Assembly: GCA_964537895.1 (NCBI GenBank)
Contig: CAZIDK010000002.1
Location: 82,684 to 146,683 of the forward strand
Direction of reading: 5' to 3'
DNA: 64,000 bases
DNA from: an uncultured Gammaproteobacteria bacterium
GTDB lineage: Bacteria; Patescibacteriota; Microgenomatia; Levybacterales; UBA12049
The position numbers and the translations under genes were made by a program. Position 1 is the first letter of the stretch, and every line of letters starts with the position of its first letter. Positions 8,437-18,026 of the stretch are shown here, piece after piece. The notes beneath the pieces were generated by a model that saw only the letters and a program-made list of their open reading frames with translations, was not told the DNA's origin and did not search any database.

Positions 8437-8866
8437 TTTAAATAATTTAGATAAAAACTCTTTTAACAACTCTCCTTTTGTCAAAAAAATAGAAAAACCC
8501 TGGGGATATGAAATCCACTGGGTTCCCGAAAATAAACCTTATATGGGAAAGATTCTCCACATAAATAAAGGCAAGAGGCTTTCTCTTCAGGTTCATGATA
8601 AAAAACAGGAGAGCTGGTTTATTCTTAGTGGACGTGCTAAGGTTGTTTGGGATAATGATCAAGGCGAACTTATCGAAACAGAACTTGAACAGGGAAAAGG
8701 ATATAGTTGTCAAATTAGCCAAAGACACAGGTTAGCGGGAATAACGGATTGCGACGTACTTGAAGTTTCAACTCCGGAAATTGGTACGACCTACAGGCTT
8801 GAAGACGACTATAAAAGACCCGACGAAACAGAGGAATTAAGGAAAGAGGAAAGGAAAGATTTATGA
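8405..8866 (+). CDS. Cupin-domain sugar isomerase, mannose-6-phosphate isomerase type II cupin-like
   Basis: KPWGYE...RLSLQVHDKKQESWFILSGRAKV...EDDYKRPDE. The start overlaps the PMM 3' end; an alternative ATG lies at 8426. Confidence 0.65.
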   Translation: MIQSKHWDMNDLNNLDKNSFNNSPFVKKIEKPWGYEIHWVPENKPYMGKILHINKGKRLSLQVHDKKQESWFILSGRAKVVWDNDQGELIETELEQGKGYSCQISQRHRLAGITDCDVLEVSTPEIGTTYRLEDDYKRPDETEELRKEERKDL

Positions 8867-9480
8867 CCAAAGATTTCACCAGCAAGCATTACGCAGTCAG
8901 AACTTACGAGAAAATGAAAGAGGTTCTAATGGATCCTACTGCTCCTGGTCCGGAAGTTCAATACCACATGGTTCGCGGAGGAACCAATCAGCGTAATATT
9001 ACAATTTGGGAACCAGGGAAAGTTGGAAAAGAATACATTAAAACTTACGGACATTATCATATAGGCAAATTAGACGAAACGTATTGGACAATTTTTGGAG
9101 AAGGTGTTGTGCTTGTTCAAAAAAGAGCCGCAGACGCAAACGGTAATCCTGTTGATGACGAAATTGAGCAAGCTTATGCTGTTCATGTTAAGCCTGGAGA
9201 CAGTCTTTTCATACCTTCCGAATGGGGCCATTTAGTGGCAAATATTTCAGATACTTATTTTGTAACCGCCGATGACTCCCCTGTTAACTTTGATGAGGAA
9301 AATCCGGTATCCTTTCCGGGACACGCAGATTACGAGGCCGTAAAGAAAATGCAGGGGTTTTGTTATTATATAGTTGAAGAAAATGGTAAGCCAGCTCTTG
9401 TAAAAAACCCAAGGTATAAGAGAATTCCTCAAATTGAAATCATAGAAGCAAGCGAATATCCTCTCAAAAAAAGTAAGTAA
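8863..9480 (+). CDS. pgiA: Cupin-type glucose-6-phosphate isomerase (archaeal-type cPGI)
   Basis: Motifs PGKVGKEY..TYGHYH, E..Y and C-terminal VEENGKPALVKNPRYK parallel the Pyrococcus cupin PGI. Confidence 0.75.
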   Translation: MTKDFTSKHYAVRTYEKMKEVLMDPTAPGPEVQYHMVRGGTNQRNITIWEPGKVGKEYIKTYGHYHIGKLDETYWTIFGEGVVLVQKRAADANGNPVDDEIEQAYAVHVKPGDSLFIPSEWGHLVANISDTYFVTADDSPVNFDEENPVSFPGHADYEAVKKMQGFCYYIVEENGKPALVKNPRYKRIPQIEIIEASEYPLKKSK

Positions 9481-9526
9481 GCGAAAACTGCTTGATTTAT
9501 TTATCAATCCCTTTCATAATCATATT

Positions 9527-11800
9527 ATGACTGCCAAATCGAGGTTTGTTGCGTGGTTTTCCGAAGTGGATAAAGAGGACGTAGCGTTAGTCGGAGGGAA
9601 AGGTGCAAATTTAGGTGAAATGACAAAAGCTAAATTTCCAGTCCCCAACGGTTTTATTATAACATCCGAGGCTTACTACGCTTTTATAAGAGAAAACAAT
9701 TTCTCTGTAAAAATAAAGCACCTTTTAGAGACTGCAAATTTTGATAAACCCGATTCCTTATCGCAGGTTTCAACGCATATAAAAAAACTGATAATTGATG
9801 GTAAATTATCAAAGGAATTGGTCGGAGACGTTTTTAGAGCTTACAGTAAGCTTGGGACAGTTTTTGACGACACCCTCGTCGCGGTAAGATCTTCAGCAAC
9901 TGCCGAGGACCTTGCTAATGCCTCATTTGCCGGACAGCAGGAAACATTTTTGAATGTTAAAGGCGAAGCGGTGCTTTTGGAAAAAATTAAAGAAGGCTGG
10001 GCTTCGCTTTTTAATGCCCGGGCACTTTTTTACAGGCACGAGCAGCATTTTGACAATTTAAAAATTGGAATTGCGCTGGTTGTACAGAGAATGGTTGAAT
10101 CTGAAAAATCAGGAATAATGTTTACACTGGATCCTGTTACAAATGATAAATCAAAAATTGTAATTGAGGCAATTTACGGATTAGGGGAATTAATTGTGCA
10201 GGGGCAAGAAAATCCCGACCACTATGAAGTGTTAAAAAACGACTTTTCGATTATTTCTAAAAAAGCGGTATTGCAGAAAAAAATGCTTAAAAAAGTTGGT
10301 GCTAAAAATAAAGAGATTAAACTTACTAAATCCCAAGGCGGACACCAAAAATTGTCGGACAAAGAAATTATCGGATTGGCAAAGTTAGGCGAAAGATTGG
10401 AAAAACATTATTATTTTCCCCAAGATATTGAATGGGCAATTGAAAAAAATAAACTTTTTATTGTTCAAACAAGAGCAGTTACAACCGTAAATGAAAAAAA
10501 GCAAACAAAAAAAGCTATTGATGAAATCGCCAACACATCAAGAATACCGATATTAAAAGGCGATCCGGCAAGTCCGGGAATAGCCGCAGGTCCTGTCAGA
10601 ATTATTAAAAGTGCTAAGGAAATAGGCAAAGTAATGCCCGGAGAAGTTTTAGTTGCGCCTCAAACAAATCCTGATTATGTTCCGGCGATGAAAAAGGCCG
10701 TTGCCATTGTTACGGATAGCGGGGGAAGAACTTCACACGCGGCAATAGTCTCAAGGGAACTCGGAATTCCGGCAATTGTCGGTACCCAAAAGGCAACAAA
10801 AATTTTAAAACAAGGAGAGGTAGTAACCGTAAACGGCACAAAAGGCGAGATTTATAAAGGCGGACACTTAACTTCAAATGTAAACATAAACACAATTAAT
10901 CCCGAAGATTTTATAAAAACCGCTACTAAAGTTTACGTAAACTTGGCGGAACCGGAACTTGCGGAAAAAATCGCACAGCAAAATGTAGACGGAGTAGGAC
11001 TTTTAAGAGCCGAGTTTATGATGGCCGGTATTGGAATTCATCCTAAAAAATTGATCAGGGAGGGAAAAAAACAGCTATTTATCGAAAAACTAGCTAACGA
11101 CTTGGAAATGTTTTGCAAGCCTTTTAACCCGAGGCCGGTTGTTTATAGAGCCTCCGACTTTAAAACAAATGAATACAGATCGCTGATTGGAGGTAGGGAC
11201 TTCGAGCCCGAAGAACCAAATCCGATGCTAGGCTATAGGGGTGTATACCGGTATATTCATGATCCGGAAGTTTTTGAACTGGAGCTTGAAGCGATTAAAA
11301 TTGTCAGGAATAAAAAAGGATACAGAAATTTATGGCTGATGCTTCCTTTTGTAAGAACGGTCAAGGAACTTGAGGAAGTTAAGAAGATTATCAATATTTC
11401 CGGATTGCAGCGTTCCCCTACTTTTAAACTCTGGATGATGGTAGAAATTCCTTCTAACGTGATACTGCTTGAAGATTTCATTAAAGCGGGCATTGACGGA
11501 GTTTCAATCGGCTCTAATGATTTGACAATGCTGCTTTTAGGAACAGACCGGGATAACAGCGAAGTCGCATCGGAATTTAGCGAACTTAATCCTGCTGTGA
11601 TGTGGGCTTTTGAGCGCGTTATAAAAACTGCCCGCAAAACCGGAATTACCGCTTCTATTTGCGGGCAGGCAGTGTCAACATACCCTTTGCTTGTTGAAAA
11701 ATTAGTTTCTTGGGGAGTGACAAGTGTATCCATATCTCCGGACGCAGCCGACAGTACGAGAAAATTAATTTCCGAAACTGAGAAAAAAGTGATAAATTAA
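9527..11800 (+). CDS. ppsA: Phosphoenolpyruvate synthase (pyruvate, water dikinase)
   Basis: N-terminal ATP-grasp motif GGKGANLGEM, phosphohistidine domain GGRTSHAAIVSRELGIPAIVG, and a C-terminal PEP-utilising TIM barrel. 757 aa. Confidence 0.8.
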   Translation: MTAKSRFVAWFSEVDKEDVALVGGKGANLGEMTKAKFPVPNGFIITSEAYYAFIRENNFSVKIKHLLETANFDKPDSLSQVSTHIKKLIIDGKLSKELVGDVFRAYSKLGTVFDDTLVAVRSSATAEDLANASFAGQQETFLNVKGEAVLLEKIKEGWASLFNARALFYRHEQHFDNLKIGIALVVQRMVESEKSGIMFTLDPVTNDKSKIVIEAIYGLGELIVQGQENPDHYEVLKNDFSIISKKAVLQKKMLKKVGAKNKEIKLTKSQGGHQKLSDKEIIGLAKLGERLEKHYYFPQDIEWAIEKNKLFIVQTRAVTTVNEKKQTKKAIDEIANTSRIPILKGDPASPGIAAGPVRIIKSAKEIGKVMPGEVLVAPQTNPDYVPAMKKAVAIVTDSGGRTSHAAIVSRELGIPAIVGTQKATKILKQGEVVTVNGTKGEIYKGGHLTSNVNINTINPEDFIKTATKVYVNLAEPELAEKIAQQNVDGVGLLRAEFMMAGIGIHPKKLIREGKKQLFIEKLANDLEMFCKPFNPRPVVYRASDFKTNEYRSLIGGRDFEPEEPNPMLGYRGVYRYIHDPEVFELELEAIKIVRNKKGYRNLWLMLPFVRTVKELEEVKKIINISGLQRSPTFKLWMMVEIPSNVILLEDFIKAGIDGVSIGSNDLTMLLLGTDRDNSEVASEFSELNPAVMWAFERVIKTARKTGITASICGQAVSTYPLLVEKLVSWGVTSVSISPDAADSTRKLISETEKKVIN

Positions 11801-11803
11801 ATT

Positions 11804-13063
11804 ATGGCCAAAATAAAACAAATAGCAGCCCGGGAAATACTTAATTCAAAAGGCATGCCTACGGTTGAAACAACGGTAATATTGAATGACGGTAAAATTG
11901 GTACTGCGTCTACTCCTACGGGCACATCCGTAGGCAATTACGAAGCCAGCGAGCTAAGGGACAGAGATGATAAGCATTTCCAAGGCAATGGCGTTTTAAA
12001 ACCAATCGCCAATATCGAAGATCTTATTGCTCCTAATATTCTTGGTATGGAAGCTACAAAACAGCACGAAATAGACAAAAAAATGATTGAACTGGACGGA
12101 ACCCAGAATAAAGGCAGGCTCGGTTCAAATGCCATGCTTTCCGTATCCATGGCTGTTGCAAAAGCCGCAGCCAAAAGCGCGTTACTGCCTACTTTCTTGT
12201 ATTTACGGGAGTTTATTAATAAGGAGAACACTTCCGTTAAAATTCCGACCCCCGCTTTTAATATTTTAAACGGCGGAAAACATGCGGGAGACAATACGGA
12301 TTTTCAGGAATATATGGTTGTACCCGCTTCGTCGAAAACATATAGCGAGTCTTTAGACATGGCAGTTGTTTTATATAATTCTCTTAGGAAAATTTTAGAA
12401 CAGAACAACTTCTCTACTCTGGTTGGGGACGAAGGCGGATTTGCACCTAAGCTTCAGGCAAATAGAGATGGTTTGGATGTAATGAAACAGGCAATTGATG
12501 CAACTCCGTTTAGATACGGATTTGATGTATTTTTAGGCCTGGACGTTGCCGCTACCAACTTTTTTCAGGGAGGGAAGTACCACATTAAAGATAAAACTAT
12601 GCCACTTTCTTCGGATGCTCTTATTGAATATTACGAGGAGCTAAACAAAGAGTTTCATCTGCTTTATTTGGAAGATCCTTTAGCCCAAGATGATTGGAAC
12701 GGCTGGTCTAAAATATACAGCTTAATATCACAGCAGACATTAATAGTCGGCGATGACCTAACCGCTACAAATCCCTATAGACTCCAGATGGCTCTTGATA
12801 AAAAAACCATAACAGGAATTGTTATTAAACCAAACCAAATAGGAACGGTAATCGAGGCAATGGCTGTTGTTGAGGTTGCAAGACAAGCAGGAATTAAGAT
12901 TATTGTTTCACACCGAAGCGGAGAAACAAACGATGATTTTATAGCCGATTTTGCTGTTGCAGTATCTGCGGATTACGTAAAATTTGGAGCGCCGGTTAGG
13001 GGCGAAAGAGTCGCTAAGTACAACCGGTTGCTGGAAATTGAAAGAGAAATTAAATTGCTATAG
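11804..13063 (+). CDS. eno: Enolase
   Basis: N-terminus IKQIAAREILNSKGMPTVE; catalytic motifs conserved. Confidence 0.9.
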   Translation: MAKIKQIAAREILNSKGMPTVETTVILNDGKIGTASTPTGTSVGNYEASELRDRDDKHFQGNGVLKPIANIEDLIAPNILGMEATKQHEIDKKMIELDGTQNKGRLGSNAMLSVSMAVAKAAAKSALLPTFLYLREFINKENTSVKIPTPAFNILNGGKHAGDNTDFQEYMVVPASSKTYSESLDMAVVLYNSLRKILEQNNFSTLVGDEGGFAPKLQANRDGLDVMKQAIDATPFRYGFDVFLGLDVAATNFFQGGKYHIKDKTMPLSSDALIEYYEELNKEFHLLYLEDPLAQDDWNGWSKIYSLISQQTLIVGDDLTATNPYRLQMALDKKTITGIVIKPNQIGTVIEAMAVVEVARQAGIKIIVSHRSGETNDDFIADFAVAVSADYVKFGAPVRGERVAKYNRLLEIEREIKLL

Positions 13064-13759
13064 ATGGAAAAGTACCACAAACTCCCCCTTAGGTTTATTT
13101 TTATTAAAATGCAGTAGAGCTTCGGATATTTTTTCTTTCCTTACCTCCTCATAAATTTTCGTTAGTTCCCTGGCTGTAACTATATCAATGTCGCCGAAAA
13201 TTTCCTTTAATTCTTCTAGTGTTTTAATCAATCTAAACGGTGATTCAAAAAATATTACCGTTTGCTTAACAGCTTCCACTGCAATTTTAATATTTTTAAA
13301 TAAATCAGTTTTGTGGCCGGGTTTTTTAGGCAGAAAACCAATAAACATAAATTTGTCCGTTGGCAGTCCGGAACTAACAAGCGCCGTGATAACAGAAGAT
13401 GGTCCGGGAATTGCTTCTACTTTAATTTTCTCTTTAACACATTCTCTCACTAATTTAAAGCCCGGATCGGAAATGGTCGGTGTTCCCGCGTCCGAAACTA
13501 AAGCAAAATTAAAATCTTTTTTAAGTAGGTCGATTATTTCCGGTATTCTTTTGGGTTCGTTTTCTTCATAGTAAGATACCAGTTTTGCTTTATTTTTAAA
13601 CTCGGGAAATTTCTTTGCAATTGACCTAAGAAGGGTAGACGTTGTTCTTGTATCTTCACACAAAATAAAATCTACCAAGTCAAGGATATCAACAGCTCTT
13701 AAGCTAATATCTTGTAAATTCCCTATAGGAGTTGCAACAACAAAAAGAGTACCATTCAT
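13058..13759 (-). CDS. rsmI: 16S rRNA (cytidine1402-2'-O)-methyltransferase
   Basis: Tetrapyrrole-methylase fold; N-terminus LFVVATPIGNLQDISLRAVDIL. Confidence 0.75.
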   Translation of the reverse strand: MNGTLFVVATPIGNLQDISLRAVDILDLVDFILCEDTRTTSTLLRSIAKKFPEFKNKAKLVSYYEENEPKRIPEIIDLLKKDFNFALVSDAGTPTISDPGFKLVRECVKEKIKVEAIPGPSSVITALVSSGLPTDKFMFIGFLPKKPGHKTDLFKNIKIAVEAVKQTVIFFESPFRLIKTLEELKEIFGDIDIVTARELTKIYEEVRKEKISEALLHFNKNKPKGEFVVLFHL

Positions 13760-13810
13760 TAAGTTGCATTATATCAAAACACACTCTTTGTACTATATTT
13801 TATGATTTTC

Positions 13811-13819
13811 TGGTATAAT
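13811..13819 (+). promoter_or_regulatory. Extended -10 (TGGTATAAT) for dedA, giving a near-leaderless transcript
   Basis: TGnTATAAT ends 6 nt before the ATG at 13826. Confidence 0.35.
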
Positions 13820-13825
13820 TTTTAA

Positions 13826-14524
13826 ATGGAAATTTTCAGTACGCTTTTGCACTTTGACGAAGCACTTGTCACAATTATTAACCTCTTTGGACCCTTAACT
13901 TATGTAATTCTTTTTGCAATTGTATTTGCTGAAACAGGATTAGTAATTACTCCATTCTTACCAGGCGATTCTCTTCTTTTTGCAGTTGGAACTTTGGCCG
14001 GGGGAAATTACTTAAATATCTGGATTGTTTACCCTACGCTTCTTGCAGCGGCAATTATTGGAGACACGGTTAATTACTGGCTTGGACATCATTTAGGAAG
14101 CCGTGTATTTACAAAGGAAAATTCAAGAATCTTCAAAAAGTCATATTTAGAAAAAACTAGTGAGTTTTATGCAAAACACGGTGGAAAGACAATAATACTT
14201 GCCCGCTTTGTTCCTTTGATTAGGACCTTTGCTCCTTTTGTCGCAGGCGTTGGTAAAATGCATTATAAAACCTTCCTCTCATATAATGTAGTAGGAGCTT
14301 TTTTATGGGTTACCAGCTTAACTTTTGCGGGTTTCTTCTTTGGACAAATGCCATTAATTAGAGAGAACTTTGAGTATGCAGTAATTGGTATTATCCTTAT
14401 TTCTCTTCTTCCGGTTGTAATTGAATTTGTTAAACATAAGCTGTCAAAGAAAACTATTAAAGAGAAAGAAACTTCATACCAGGAAATCCAGGAGATGTTT
14501 AAGAAAGAGCATCTAAACGATTAA
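13826..14524 (+). CDS. DedA/SNARE-associated family membrane protein
   Basis: Motif ETGLVITPFLPGDSLLFAVG; polytopic. Confidence 0.75.
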   Translation: MEIFSTLLHFDEALVTIINLFGPLTYVILFAIVFAETGLVITPFLPGDSLLFAVGTLAGGNYLNIWIVYPTLLAAAIIGDTVNYWLGHHLGSRVFTKENSRIFKKSYLEKTSEFYAKHGGKTIILARFVPLIRTFAPFVAGVGKMHYKTFLSYNVVGAFLWVTSLTFAGFFFGQMPLIRENFEYAVIGIILISLLPVVIEFVKHKLSKKTIKEKETSYQEIQEMFKKEHLND

Positions 14525-14526
14525 AA

Positions 14527-15156
14527 CTATTCAAATCTTCTGACAAGACCCACAACCTTACCTTGAATTACCAAAGAATTTGGATAAATAGGTTCCATTT
14601 CCGAATTGGCGGGTTTAAGAACAACTCTGCCGTTTTCTTTATAATACATTTTTAATGTTGCGAGATTGTCGTCAACTATTGCAACCACGATGTCTCCGTT
14701 ATCGGCAACGTTTACTCTTTCTATAACCACATAATCTCCATCAAGTATTCCCTCTTCAATCATTGAGTTTCCCTTAACCTGTAATGAGTAAGCGGTCTTT
14801 GCGCCAGTAATCATCGTTGCGGAAACAAATATCGAAGCGTTGGGGTCTGTGTGGGGTTCCAGAGGCATTCCGGCGGCGATAAAGCCCATCAGGGGAAGTT
14901 CTATTGCCGGTTGGCTTCCCAGCATAGATAAAGTTACTTTTTCATCAATAATTTTAAGAACCCTTGTATTCCCTTCTACTTTTTTAATATACCCTTTTTC
15001 TACCAAGGATTTTATTAATGTGTGGACCGTGGAATTGCTTTTGTGGCTGGTTGCTTTTGCTATTTCGGCAAGTGTAGGAGAATAGCCGTACTGCCTTTGG
15101 AACTGGGCAAGAAACTCTAATACTTCTCTTTCTTTTTTATATAATACTCCGGGCAT
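14527..15156 (-). CDS. lexA: LexA repressor (S24 peptidase)
   Basis: N-terminal wHTH domain, C-terminal GNSM...GD..VV catalytic region. Ala-Gly cleavage site context is present. Confidence 0.8.
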   Translation of the reverse strand: MPGVLYKKEREVLEFLAQFQRQYGYSPTLAEIAKATSHKSNSTVHTLIKSLVEKGYIKKVEGNTRVLKIIDEKVTLSMLGSQPAIELPLMGFIAAGMPLEPHTDPNASIFVSATMITGAKTAYSLQVKGNSMIEEGILDGDYVVIERVNVADNGDIVVAIVDDNLATLKMYYKENGRVVLKPANSEMEPIYPNSLVIQGKVVGLVRRFE

Positions 15157-15312
15157 ATAATTTGTTTTGGAAAAATCAAATTACGCTGAGCGCAGTCGAA
15201 GTGAGTGATTAATCCGTATGTATATTTTATACGAAAAATAGTAGAATAATGTCAATACCACATTTTAATACAAACTGAGTCAATAATTCTATTTATGATA
15301 GAATAACAAACT

Positions 15313-17334
15313 ATGAAATTTAAGTTAGTTTCAGATTTTAAGCCTACAGGCGACCAGCCCCAAGCCATAGAAAAACTTACCAAAGGACTTTTGAATAACT
15401 ACAAAAATCAGGTTCTTTTGGGGGTTACGGGAAGCGGAAAAACTTTTACCATGGCAAACGTTATTGAAAAAGTGCAGAAACCAACCTTGGTTATTTCTCA
15501 CAATAAAACCCTGGCGGCGCAGCTTTATCAGGAATTTAGGGATTTTTTTCCCAACAACTCCGTTTGCTATTTTGTTTCTTATTACGATTATTACCAGCCC
15601 GAAGCCTATATCCCCCAAAGCGATACTTATATAGAAAAAGAGGTTCAGATAAATGAGGAGATAGATAAACTTAGACTTTCTGCAACTACAAACCTTCTAA
15701 CAAGAAAGGATGTCATAGTTGTAGCCAGCGTTTCCTGTATTTACAATCTTGGTTCCCCAATTGAGTACGGAAAATTTGTTCTTGAGCTTAAAACAGGCGT
15801 TAAGCTTGACCAGAAAGCTATTCTATTACGGCTTACCGATTTGCAATACGAAAGAAACGATTATGCTTTTGAAAGGGGAAGTTTTAGAATTAGAGGTGAG
15901 GACATAGACTTATTTCCGGCATATTTAGATTCAGGTATAAGAATTTCCATAACAAACGGGAAAATAAAAAAAATAGTTGAATTTGATGCTTTAACCGGAG
16001 ACCCGCATAAAATGCTCGATTCTACGGTAATATACCCTGCAAAACATTACATGACTGATCCCATTACTTATCAGGATGTATTCCCGCAAATTAGAGAAGA
16101 TTTATCTAAACAAGTAAAAATGTTTAAAGGGCAAGGAAAGCTTTTGGAAGCGCAGAGGATTAGTCAACGAACAAACTATGACTTGGAGATGATTCAGGAG
16201 TTAGGGTTTGTTAACGGAATCGAAAACTACTCAAGATATTTTGACGGCCGAAAACAGGGGCAGCCCCCCTACTCTCTCCTAAATTATTTTGATGCCTGCG
16301 CTTCCGATTGGCTGACGATTATTGACGAGTCTCATATTACAATTCCGCAGATTAGGGGTATGTATAATGGGGATAAGGCCAGGAAAGAAACCTTAATCGA
16401 TTATGGCTTTAGGCTTCCTTCTGCGCTTGATAACCGACCCTTAAGGTTTGAAGAATTTATGCGAAAAATTAATAAAACCGTTTACGTCAGCGCTACTCCC
16501 GACGAATATGAATTATCCCTTGCTCAGTCAACCTACGAGGTCGGACGCACGGGACCTCGTAGGTTGGAATCTGCAATTGTAGAGCAATTAATAAGGCCGA
16601 CAGGACTTGTAGACCCTAAAGTTGTCGTCAAGCCGACAAAAGGACAAGTCGAAGACTTAATAACGGAAATCAAAAAGCGGGTTAGGAAAAAACAAAGAGT
16701 TTTAGTTACCACTCTTACTAAAAGAATGGCGGAAGACTTGTCTTCGTATCTTGAGGAAAGAGATGTAAAAGTTTCATATCTTCATTCGGATATTGAAACC
16801 CTAAAAAGACAGGACGTTTTAGATAGGCTAAGGCATGGAGAATGCGATGTTTTAGTCGGAATTAACCTCTTAAGGGAAGGTTTGGATTTGCCAGAAGTCG
16901 CTCTTGTTGCGATTTTAGACGCTGATAAAGAGGGATTTTTACGAAGCCGTACTGCTTTAATTCAAACTATGGGAAGAGCGGCCAGGAACATAGATTCACA
17001 AGTTATTATGTATGCCGACAATATGACAGGTTCTATGAAGGCGGCAATTGAAGAAGTTGAAAGAAGGCGTGAAGTTCAGCTTGCATATAATAAGAAACAC
17101 AATATAACTCCAAAAACCATTGAAAAAATTATCAGAACAAAATTGATCGACCAGGAACAGCGCCAGGACGAAATAAATTATTTACTGACGCTTTCTAAAA
17201 AAGAAGTTCTTTTACCGGACGATAAAGAAAAATTAATTAAAAGACTATCTAAAGAAATGCGTGAAGCCGCAAAGGAGCTGGACTTTGAAACCGCAACAAT
17301 CTTGCGAGACCAAATAAAACTCCTCAAGCAGTGA
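15313..17334 (+). CDS. uvrB: Excinuclease ABC subunit B
   Basis: Walker A GSGKT, helicase motifs, C-terminal UVR domain. 673 aa. Confidence 0.9.
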   Translation: MKFKLVSDFKPTGDQPQAIEKLTKGLLNNYKNQVLLGVTGSGKTFTMANVIEKVQKPTLVISHNKTLAAQLYQEFRDFFPNNSVCYFVSYYDYYQPEAYIPQSDTYIEKEVQINEEIDKLRLSATTNLLTRKDVIVVASVSCIYNLGSPIEYGKFVLELKTGVKLDQKAILLRLTDLQYERNDYAFERGSFRIRGEDIDLFPAYLDSGIRISITNGKIKKIVEFDALTGDPHKMLDSTVIYPAKHYMTDPITYQDVFPQIREDLSKQVKMFKGQGKLLEAQRISQRTNYDLEMIQELGFVNGIENYSRYFDGRKQGQPPYSLLNYFDACASDWLTIIDESHITIPQIRGMYNGDKARKETLIDYGFRLPSALDNRPLRFEEFMRKINKTVYVSATPDEYELSLAQSTYEVGRTGPRRLESAIVEQLIRPTGLVDPKVVVKPTKGQVEDLITEIKKRVRKKQRVLVTTLTKRMAEDLSSYLEERDVKVSYLHSDIETLKRQDVLDRLRHGECDVLVGINLLREGLDLPEVALVAILDADKEGFLRSRTALIQTMGRAARNIDSQVIMYADNMTGSMKAAIEEVERRREVQLAYNKKHNITPKTIEKIIRTKLIDQEQRQDEINYLLTLSKKEVLLPDDKEKLIKRLSKEMREAAKELDFETATILRDQIKLLKQ

Positions 17335-17686
17335 TGTTTTCTATGTGTTCTATATTTGAAACCTGATTGTTTGAACTTAAATCAATAAGAATAGCATCAA
17401 TCCGCATGGCTTCGGGTAGTCTTGGATGGAGCATTTTGTAAAATTGCGCTGTTTTTACTAGACTTTTAATTTTATGATAAGTAATTGATTCAATTGCTCC
17501 TCCGTATAGGTCTGACGTTCTTGTTTTTACTTCAATGAAAACTAAAGTATTGTCTTTAATACAAATGATATCTATTTCTCCATAACCTTTTCTAAAGTTT
17601 CTTTCAATTATTTTGTAGCCTTTGTTTTTGAGGTAATTTGTAGCAATTTCTTCTCCAAGCTTGGCAGTGGGATTGGAAATTAACAT
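17324..17686 (-). CDS. yraN: YraN family (UPF0102) endonuclease-like protein
   Basis: Motif GEIDII...E..K (PD-(D/E)XK-like fold) in the typical 120 aa length. Confidence 0.7.
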   Translation of the reverse strand: MLISNPTAKLGEEIATNYLKNKGYKIIERNFRKGYGEIDIICIKDNTLVFIEVKTRTSDLYGGAIESITYHKIKSLVKTAQFYKMLHPRLPEAMRIDAILIDLSSNNQVSNIEHIENITA

Positions 17687-17694
17687 TTAAAATT

Positions 17695-17982
17695 TTAATT
17701 ATTCTTTTTTTCCCTAAGATAATAAAGTTTTGCCCTTCTTACTTTTTCCTTTAAGTGTCCTTTAACTTCTACTTTATCTATATTGGGTGTATTAACGGGG
17801 AATATTCTTTCTACGGCAATGCTTCCCACTGTTTTTCTAACAGTAAAGGATTTGTTTACATCTCTGCCTTTAATCTTTATTACAACTCCTTCGAAAACTT
17901 GAATTCTTGTTTTTTCTCCTTCTTTAATTTTTTGGTGAACTCGAACGATATCGCCGGGGACAAAGTTAATATTAGTTATCAT
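17695..17982 (-). CDS. rplS: 50S ribosomal protein L19
   Basis: N-terminal motif [29 protein letters not shown]. Confidence 0.8.
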   Translation of the reverse strand: MITNINFVPGDIVRVHQKIKEGEKTRIQVFEGVVIKIKGRDVNKSFTVRKTVGSIAVERIFPVNTPNIDKVEVKGHLKEKVRRAKLYYLREKKNN

Positions 17983-18026
17983 AACAATACAGTATTATAG
18001 CGTAATTTAATTAACATCTCAAGGAA

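Noticed and set aside
11257-11733. 158 aa minus-strand ORF inside ppsA, plus similar antisense ORFs inside eno, rsmI, pmm, dnaE and atpA
   Set aside because: These are nested antisense ORFs within genes that have strong homology-type motifs on the opposite strand. They have no start context and biased composition.
15157-15312. Canonical Cheo-type LexA box (GAAC-N4-GTTC)
   Set aside because: It is not present in the lexA-uvrB spacer. Only weaker alternative palindromes were found, and these are reported as candidates.
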